64,000 nucleotides of DNA. Source: Polyangiales bacterium. Its GTDB lineage: Bacteria > Myxococcota_A > Polyangia > Polyangiales > Polyangiaceae. The notes under the pieces were generated by a model. It was given only the letters and a program-made list of their open reading frames with translations, was not told the origin of the DNA and did no database searches. The stretch spans positions 1 to 64,000 of the forward strand of contig JBBRLQ010000033.1 of assembly GCA_038231275.1 (NCBI GenBank). Reading direction: 5' to 3'. Of this stretch, positions 57,440 to 64,000 are shown piece by piece (position 1 is the stretch's first letter; every line of letters starts with the position of its first letter). The translations under genes were made by a program, and so were the position numbers.

Positions 57440-60400
57440 ATGGCGAGCACGCGTACACGTGTCTACGGGGCTCTGATCTGCGGCATGGCCGTCCTGGTCG
57501 CCTGCTCCTCGTCGAAGGACGTCGCGGAGAAATCCGACAAGAGCGCCGACGAAGCCGCGCTGCAGACACCGGCGACGCCCGCGGGCGCGAAGGCGGTCGT
57601 CGCGGCGGCACCTACGGTCCCGAACTTCTTCGCCGGGCCCATCGACGAGTCGTTCTCGCAAATCCAACGGACGCCGCGCGTCCAGGTCGCGCAGGCCTTC
57701 TCGTCGCGCCCGCTCCGTGATTTGCCGGCGATCTTGCCGGACACCCAGGAGGACCACGAGCGCGAGATGGGGATGCACCCGCACCTCCTCGAGGGCCTGG
57801 TGCCGCGCCCCGATCCGGTGCTCCAGACGAGCGTGCCGATCATGCAGATGCCGGCGACCATCGGCAATTTCGCCGGCCAGCAAGGCCCCGCGGGGACGGC
57901 GGGACAGGTCACGCCGCCGGACACCAACGGCGCGGTCGGCCCCAACCACTTCGTGCAGACCGTCAACTCCGGCATCGCGATCTATAGCAAGGCCGGCGCG
58001 GTGCTTTCCGCGACGCGCGCGATCAACGTCCTCTGGACGGGCTACCCGACCACCAGCGGCAACCGCTGCGCGACCGAGAACGACGGCGATCCGGTCGTCG
58101 TCTACGACCAGGCCGCCGATCGCTGGTTCATCACGCAGTTCGATCTGCACAACTTCATCAACGGCACGGGGAACACCAACTACCAGTGCGTCGCCGTGTC
58201 GAAGACGCCCGATCCGCTCGGCGCGTACTCGCTCTACGACTTCAGCTACAACGGCATCAACGACTACGGGAAGTTCAGCGTCTGGCCGGACGCGTACTAC
58301 GCGACGATCAACCTGTTCAACGGCGCCGGCACTGCCTACGTCGGCGCAGAGATCTGCGCGTACGATCGCGTGTCGATGCTCGCGGGCGCGGCGGCGACGC
58401 AGCAGTGCTTCATGCAGGGCGCGAACATCTTCGGCCTCTTGCCGGGCAACTTCGACGGCAAGGTCCCGCCCCCGCGCGGAGAGCCCGGCTTCTTCGCGGC
58501 GCTCGGCGTGAACGCGGGCGGCAACCTGAACAACACGCTGGCCTTCTGGAAGTTCCACGTCGACTGGACGGCGCCGGCGAACAGCACCTTCACCGGCCCC
58601 ACCCAACTGCCGGTCGCCGCGTTCACGCCCACGTGCCCGGCAACGTCGCGCAACGCCTGCGTCCCCGAGCCCCCGCCGGGCAACCAAATCTCGGCGCTCT
58701 CCGACCGCCTGATGTTCCGGCTCAACTACCGCAACTTCGGTACGTACGAGTCGATCCTCGTGAACCACGCGGTGGAGGCGAACGGCACGGTGGGCGGCAT
58801 CCGCTGGTACGAGGTGCGCAGCCCCAACACCGCGCCGGTCATCTTCCAGCAGGGCACCTACGGTCCGAACGACGGGCTCTGGCGCTTCGCCGGCAGCATC
58901 GCGCAGGATCAGGCGCGCGACATGGCGCTCGGCTTCGGCGCATCGAGCGCGAATCAGCGCCCCTCGATCGGGTGGGCCGGCCGCGTCGCGAGTGACGCGC
59001 CGGGGCTGATGGGGCAGGGCGAGACGATCTTCGACATCGGCGGCGGCGTCGAGAGCGGCGGCGGAAACCCTCCGCCGAACCGCTGGGGCGACTACAGCGC
59101 GATGACCGTCGACCCGACCGACGACTGCACCTTCTGGTACACGCAAGAGGACTACCGCATCAACGGCTTCGGCACGTGGGCCACGCGCGTCGCGTCGACC
59201 AAGTTCCCGGGATGCGCGGCGAACGATTTCTCGCGCTCGATCGCGCCGGGGTCGCAGAACGTGGCGCGCGGCGGAACCATCCCCTACACCGTGAGCACCG
59301 GCGTCGCCGCGGGCATCGCAGAGAGCATCACGCTCAACGTGCAGGACTTGCCGCCTGGCGTGAGCGGCGCGTTCGCTCCGGTGGCGGTGACCGCAGGAAG
59401 CACGTCGACGCTGACGCTCTCGGCTACGGCGGGCGCACCTCTGACTGCGCCGGTCACGTTCACTGTCATCGGCACCTCGCCCTCCGCGGTCCACTCGGTC
59501 ACCGCGCAGGTGGGCGTCATCGCCGTCAGCGCGGTCTGCGGCAATGGAGTCCTCGAGGCCGGTGAGTCGTGCGATGACGGCGCGGCCAACGGGACGCCGA
59601 CCGATTGCTGCACGGCCAACTGCACCTTCGTCGGCGCCGGCACCGTTTGCCGCGCAGCCAACGGCGCGTGCGACATCGCAGAGACCTGCACCGGCGCCGC
59701 GAGCGCGTGCCCCGCCGACACCAAGCAGCCGAACGGCACCACCTGCAACGACGGCAACGCATGCACGCAGGCCGACACGTGCCAGGCCGGCACCTGCACT
59801 GGTGGAAACCCCGTCGCGTGCACCGCGTCCGACCAGTGCCACGACATCGGAATCTGCGCGCCCGCCACCGGCGTCTGCAGCAACCCCGTCAAGGCCAACG
59901 GCAGCGCGTGCAGCGACGGAAACTCCTGCACGCAAGCCGACAGCTGTCAGGCGGGCACATGCACCGGAGGAAATCCGGTGACATGCACCGCCTCCGACCA
60001 GTGCCACGACGTCGGAACCTGCGCGCCCGCAACCGGCGTCTGCAGCAACCCCGTCAAGGCCAACGGCACCACGTGCACCGACGGAAACTCCTGCACGCAG
60101 ACCGACACATGCCAGGCGGGCACATGCACCGGAGGAAGTCCCGTCACGTGCACGGCCTCCGATCAGTGCCATGACGTCGGAACCTGCGCGCCCGCCACGG
60201 GCATCTGCAGCAATCCTCCAAAGGCCAACGGCACCACGTGCACCGACGGGAACGGCTGCACGCAGACCGACACTTGCCAAGCTGGAACGTGCACCGGCGG
60301 AAATCCCGTCACGTGCACGGCCTCCGATCAGTGCCACGTCGCCGGGACATGCAATCCGGCCAACGGGACGTGCAGCAATCCTCCAAAGGCCAACGGCACC

Positions 60401-61261
60401 ACGTGCACCGACGGGAACGGCTGCACGCAGACCGACACCTGCCAGGCTGGAACGTGCACCGGCGGAAATCCCGTCACGTGCACGGCCTCCGATCAGTGCC
60501 ACGTCGCCGGGACATGCAATCCGGCGAGCGGGACGTGCTCCAATCCGCCGGCAGGAAATGGAACCGTCTGCAACGATGGCAACGCGTGCACGACGGGTGA
60601 CGTGTGCACGGCCGGCACCTGCACGAGCGGGACCCCGAAGACGTGCACTGCGCTCAACGAGTGCCACACCGTCGGCACGTGCGACACGCAGAGCGGCAAC
60701 TGCTCGAACCCGGTGAAGCCGAACGGCACCGCGTGCTCGATCGGTACCTGCCAGGCGGGCACCTGCACCGCAGCCCCCGACGCCGGCACCGACGCAGGCT
60801 CCGGCACCGACGCGGGGACTGACGCCGGCACCGACTCAGGCTCCGGCACCGACGCAGGCGCCGACTCCGGCCCAGGCACCGACGCAGGCGCCGACTCCGG
60901 CCCAGGCACCGACGCCGGCACCGACTCCGGCTCTGGCACCGACTCCGGCTCTGGCACCGACTCCGGCTCTGGCACCGACTCCGGAACTGGCACCGACTCC
61001 GGAGCCGGCACCGACTCCGGCACGCCCGAGACCGACTCCGGAACGCCCGGCTCCGACTCCGGCACGCCCGGCAGGGACTCGGGCGCCGGCTCCGACTCCG
61101 GCCTCACGCAGCCCGACGGCGGCGGAACGGGCGGCGTCGGAAACGACGGCGGTTGCAGCTGCCGCACCATCGATCGCAAGCCCGACACGTCCGCCGCGCT
61201 GTTCGGCATCGGCGGCCTCGCGCTCGTCGGGATGCTCCGCCGGAAGAAGCGCCGCGACTGA
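57440..61261 (+). CDS. Large surface protein: uncharacterised N-domain, Cys-rich repeats, D(S/A)G linker, MYXO-CTERM-like tail
   Basis: SD GGGAGG, lipobox-like LVAC, CGNGVLEAGESCDDG, disintegrin-like CRAANGACDIAETC, and GGCSC..hydrophobic..RRKKRRD. Confidence 0.9.
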   Translation: MASTRTRVYGALICGMAVLVACSSSKDVAEKSDKSADEAALQTPATPAGAKAVVAAAPTVPNFFAGPIDESFSQIQRTPRVQVAQAFSSRPLRDLPAILPDTQEDHEREMGMHPHLLEGLVPRPDPVLQTSVPIMQMPATIGNFAGQQGPAGTAGQVTPPDTNGAVGPNHFVQTVNSGIAIYSKAGAVLSATRAINVLWTGYPTTSGNRCATENDGDPVVVYDQAADRWFITQFDLHNFINGTGNTNYQCVAVSKTPDPLGAYSLYDFSYNGINDYGKFSVWPDAYYATINLFNGAGTAYVGAEICAYDRVSMLAGAAATQQCFMQGANIFGLLPGNFDGKVPPPRGEPGFFAALGVNAGGNLNNTLAFWKFHVDWTAPANSTFTGPTQLPVAAFTPTCPATSRNACVPEPPPGNQISALSDRLMFRLNYRNFGTYESILVNHAVEANGTVGGIRWYEVRSPNTAPVIFQQGTYGPNDGLWRFAGSIAQDQARDMALGFGASSANQRPSIGWAGRVASDAPGLMGQGETIFDIGGGVESGGGNPPPNRWGDYSAMTVDPTDDCTFWYTQEDYRINGFGTWATRVASTKFPGCAANDFSRSIAPGSQNVARGGTIPYTVSTGVAAGIAESITLNVQDLPPGVSGAFAPVAVTAGSTSTLTLSATAGAPLTAPVTFTVIGTSPSAVHSVTAQVGVIAVSAVCGNGVLEAGESCDDGAANGTPTDCCTANCTFVGAGTVCRAANGACDIAETCTGAASACPADTKQPNGTTCNDGNACTQADTCQAGTCTGGNPVACTASDQCHDIGICAPATGVCSNPVKANGSACSDGNSCTQADSCQAGTCTGGNPVTCTASDQCHDVGTCAPATGVCSNPVKANGTTCTDGNSCTQTDTCQAGTCTGGSPVTCTASDQCHDVGTCAPATGICSNPPKANGTTCTDGNGCTQTDTCQAGTCTGGNPVTCTASDQCHVAGTCNPANGTCSNPPKANGTTCTDGNGCTQTDTCQAGTCTGGNPVTCTASDQCHVAGTCNPASGTCSNPPAGNGTVCNDGNACTTGDVCTAGTCTSGTPKTCTALNECHTVGTCDTQSGNCSNPVKPNGTACSIGTCQAGTCTAAPDAGTDAGSGTDAGTDAGTDSGSGTDAGADSGPGTDAGADSGPGTDAGTDSGSGTDSGSGTDSGSGTDSGTGTDSGAGTDSGTPETDSGTPGSDSGTPGRDSGAGSDSGLTQPDGGGTGGVGNDGGCSCRTIDRKPDTSAALFGIGGLALVGMLRRKKRRD
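59732..60770 (+). repeat. Six full 165-nt (55-aa, 8-Cys) tandem repeats plus a partial unit
   Basis: Unit starts (NG..C) at 59732, 59897, 60062, 60227, 60392, 60557 and 60722. Confidence 0.92.
60779..61105 (+). repeat. Low-complexity GTDAG/GTDSG repeats
   Basis: Repeated ggcaccgactccggc(tct) units, including near-exact 18-nt and 30-nt copies. Confidence 0.9.
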
Positions 61262-61264
61262 GCG

Positions 61265-62425
61265 TCAACGAACGGACTGGATCACGCGGAGCAAGTGCTC
61301 CGCGCTGTCCGACCACGAGCCGGGGCCGCACGCTCGGACCGACTCGGGCGGCCAGTCACGCGCGAGCGCCTCGAGGAGCCCTCGCGCGAGGGCGGCGGGA
61401 TCGCGCGCGGGGACGATCAAGCCGCTCCGTGGATCGGAGAGCACGTCTGGGATGCCGCCGACGTCCGAGCCCACCGACGGACGGCCCGACGCGAGCGCTT
61501 CGAGGACGGCGTTGGGTGTGCCCTCGGCCCAGCTCGGCAACGTGAACACGTCGCACGCGCTCATCCAGCGCGCGATGTCGGCGAACGGGACGGAGCCCGG
61601 CGCGACGAGGCCGTCCTTCCACTCGGCCTTTCGCGCGTCGACGGCGGGACGCGAGACGCCGTCGCCGATCAGGACGAGCACCACGTCGCTCCGGACCTCG
61701 CGAACGCGTGCCCACGCTTCGAGAAGATCGGTCGTGCCTTTCTGCGGCTCCAGGCGCCCGACGGTGAGCACGATCTTCTTGTCGACGGGCAGCCCCAGCG
61801 CGCGGCGCGCCTCCGCCTTGTCTCGCAACGTGAACGTCTCGGTGTCGACGCCGTTCTCGACGACGTGGATTTTTTCGCGCGCGACGCCGACCGCAGCGAT
61901 CTCCTCGGCGAGCGGCCGCGACACGCTCACCATCGCGTCGGTGCGCGGGAGCACCGCGCGAAGGACGGCGCGCGCGCTCGGCATCTTCGCCACGAGGTTC
62001 ATGTCGGAGCCGTGGACCTTCACCACGCACGGCTTGCCCAGCGCGTGCGCCGCGAGGATCGCCGCGCAGCCGTCGGGGTACGCCCACGTCGCGAGGATCA
62101 CGTCGGCGCGCGCGAGCATCCGCCGGTGCGCCAGCAGCGAGGCGAAGTACAGCGGCACTGCGATCGGAACGCCGAGCCGCGGCAAATAGAGCTGACGCAT
62201 GTACGTCGTCTCGATGCCGCTCGTCGTCTCGTGCCGCGGCAGGTTGGCGAGTAGCGCGGGCCGCGGCGGCTTTCCGACGATCGCCGCGCCCGGGACGTAC
62301 GCGACGGCGGCGAGCACCTCGAGGTCGACGTGCTTCTTCAGCATCGCGAACTGCTGCACGTTGTACGGGCCGCGGAGCGGCTCCAGGCTGTTCGGCCAGA
62401 TTTGCGTGATCGCGAGGACCCTCAT
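61265..62425 (-). CDS. Glycosyltransferase family 4
   Basis: YPDG, HGSD, NGVD, VGRL..K and EGTPNAVLEA (EX7E). Confidence 0.92.
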   Translation of the reverse strand: MRVLAITQIWPNSLEPLRGPYNVQQFAMLKKHVDLEVLAAVAYVPGAAIVGKPPRPALLANLPRHETTSGIETTYMRQLYLPRLGVPIAVPLYFASLLAHRRMLARADVILATWAYPDGCAAILAAHALGKPCVVKVHGSDMNLVAKMPSARAVLRAVLPRTDAMVSVSRPLAEEIAAVGVAREKIHVVENGVDTETFTLRDKAEARRALGLPVDKKIVLTVGRLEPQKGTTDLLEAWARVREVRSDVVLVLIGDGVSRPAVDARKAEWKDGLVAPGSVPFADIARWMSACDVFTLPSWAEGTPNAVLEALASGRPSVGSDVGGIPDVLSDPRSGLIVPARDPAALARGLLEALARDWPPESVRACGPGSWSDSAEHLLRVIQSVR

Positions 62426-62454
62426 GGAAGCGCGGATGATATCGTCATCCGCCC

Positions 62455-63534
62455 ATGCGGATCGTCCACGTTGTTCTGTCGCTCGACGTCGGCGGGCAAG
62501 AACGCCTCATCCTCAGCCTTTCGCGCGAGCTCGCCGGGCGCGGTCACGACGTTCGCGTCCTCTCGCTGACGCCTGGCGGAGGACTGCGGCCGCAGTTCAC
62601 GGGGATTCCGACGTTCGACGTCCCTCACCAGGGCGGCACACGCCCGTCGACGTGGGCGAAAATCGCGCGCGCGTTCGTTGGGCTCTCGCCAGACGTCGTG
62701 CACACCCACAACGCGGCGCCGCTCATTTACGCAGGTCCCGCGGCGCGCCTCGCGGGCGTGCGGCGCGTCGTGCACACGAAGCACGGGAGCAACACGTACC
62801 CCAGGGGAGCGTTGTGGCTCGCGCGCGCCGCGACGCGGACCGTCTCGGCGTTCGCGGCCGTGAGCGACGAGACCGCGGTGAGGGCCGCGCGCGACGAACG
62901 ACCGGCCGCGGCGAAGCTCCACGTCGTCCCCAACGGCATTCCGCTCGCGCAGTTCGCGCGTGATCCGGCGGCAGGCCTCCGCGCGCGCGCCGAGCTCGGA
63001 ATCGCCCACGACGCGGTGGTCATCGGCACCGTCGGCCGCCTCGTCTCCGAGAAGGACTACCCGTTCCTCGTGCGCGCCGCGGCGCCGCTCCTCCGCGAGA
63101 AGGTGCGCCTGGTGATCGTCGGCGAAGGGCCCGAGCGCGCCGCCATCGAAGCCGCGATCCCGAAGGACGCGGCGTCGTTCGTCACGATGACCGGCATGCG
63201 CAGCGACGTGCCATCGCTCATGAGCTCGCTCGACGTCTTCTGCTTGAGCTCTCGCACCGAAGGTCTACCTCTCGTCGTCCCTGAGGCGATGGCGTGCAGC
63301 CTCCCGGTCGTCGCGACCCGCGTGGGCGGCCTGCCCGGCATCGTTCCGGCAGATGTCGGGCTCCTCGTCGATCACCGCGACGAAACGGGCCTCCGCGACG
63401 CCCTCGCGGCGCTCGCCGGCGATCCCGCGAAACGCGAAGCGATGGGCGACGCCGCGCGAAAATACGCGCACGCGCGCTTCTCGCTGGCGCGGATGGCCGA
63501 CGATTACGAGCGGCTTTATTCGGGGGTTTTCTGA
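62455..63534 (+). CDS. Glycosyltransferase family 4
   Basis: GGQER, HTKHG, PNGI, VGRL..K and EGLPLVVPEA (EX7E). Confidence 0.92.
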   Translation: MRIVHVVLSLDVGGQERLILSLSRELAGRGHDVRVLSLTPGGGLRPQFTGIPTFDVPHQGGTRPSTWAKIARAFVGLSPDVVHTHNAAPLIYAGPAARLAGVRRVVHTKHGSNTYPRGALWLARAATRTVSAFAAVSDETAVRAARDERPAAAKLHVVPNGIPLAQFARDPAAGLRARAELGIAHDAVVIGTVGRLVSEKDYPFLVRAAAPLLREKVRLVIVGEGPERAAIEAAIPKDAASFVTMTGMRSDVPSLMSSLDVFCLSSRTEGLPLVVPEAMACSLPVVATRVGGLPGIVPADVGLLVDHRDETGLRDALAALAGDPAKREAMGDAARKYAHARFSLARMADDYERLYSGVF

Positions 63535-63567
63535 TAGTGTCGGGCGACTCTCAGGCTCCCGCCCCCC

Positions 63568-64000
63568 ATGCTCTTTGCGCAGATCCAAGCGCCGCCCACC
63601 ACGCCGACGACCCCGACGGCGGCCGATGTGCGCGAGAGCACGGACACCCGGACGACCCGGGGCGAAGGCGATCTCCGCCTGAAAGATCCGAACGACTCGC
63701 GCACGACGCGTGACGATCAGTTCGATCCGCGCGCGCTCGAAGCCCCGGCGACGGCGCGCGATCGGCTCGCCTACGATCCGGCGTTCCAGTCGAGCCCGGC
63801 GCTGCGCAACCAGGCGCGCGTGGCGGCGGAGGAAGGGACGGTGTTCCGCCCCGGCGGCCTCGACTACGGCGTGCAGGTCGCGATCGTCCAGGGGTACAAC
63901 GACAACGTCGTCCAGACGCAGGCCGTCCTCGACGGGCCGATCGTTCGTCATCCGTCGCCGTTCACGGGCGTCGACGCCGAGCTGACGCTGCGCACGTGGA
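63568..64000 (+). CDS. Partial ORF, possibly a polysaccharide-export-associated OM beta-barrel
   Basis: Open from ATG 63568 to the window end (MLFAQIQAPP..GVQVAIVQGYNDNV..). The GYNDNV-type strand and the GT4 neighbourhood support the guess. Confidence 0.5.
   Translation, partial: MLFAQIQAPPTTPTTPTAADVRESTDTRTTRGEGDLRLKDPNDSRTTRDDQFDPRALEAPATARDRLAYDPAFQSSPALRNQARVAAEEGTVFRPGGLDYGVQVAIVQGYNDNVVQTQAVLDGPIVRHPSPFTGVDAELTLRTW

Noticed and set aside
59732..60770. Cys/His-rich repeats as multiheme motifs
   Set aside because: The pattern is CTASDQCH (CX5CH), not CxxCH, which is consistent with disulfide-bonded repeats.

Overview
This is a high-GC chromosomal window, very probably from a myxobacterium (Polyangiaceae/Labilithrix-like). 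The evidence is MYXO-CTERM-like tails, DUF2330-like proteins, a TIGR02266-like PilZ protein, Uma2 genes and large kinase-ATPase-TPR proteins. No rRNA, tRNA, CRISPR array, transposase or integrase was recognised. Main blocks: (1) 0.2-5.7 kb: a decaying kinase/PP2C signalling locus with an Omp85-type barrel and an unusual degenerate-GGDEF/patatin fusion that keeps its c-di-GMP I-site. (2) thiO, two DUF2330 paralogs, Uma2 and a pentaheme lipoprotein. (3) 14-27 kb: a phosphate-starvation cluster (phoB-phoR, GT21 ceramide-glucosyltransferase-like gene, phosphate-porin-like gene, second phoB, pstBSCA, phoU, PilZ-like gene, ppx), with visible 11-bp-phased Pho-box-like repeats and a hidden 25-aa hydrophobic ORF. 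(4) Halogenase-like gene, CBS protein, solitary rplS and rplC, peroxiredoxin, cytochrome c-rhodanese fusion, amidohydrolase. (5) A TetR module with two identical operators (OM barrel, lipoprotein, PhyH dioxygenase, TatT-like protein). (6) Two large kinase-ATPase-TPR genes flanking rlmE, one split by a single in-frame TGA. (7) GT39-like gene, osmoprotectant ABC transporter, lipase, a Cys-repeat surface protein and GT4 genes. All family calls come from motif recognition by eye; no database searches were run. Many long ORFs in the supplied track are antisense or off-frame shadows of real genes.
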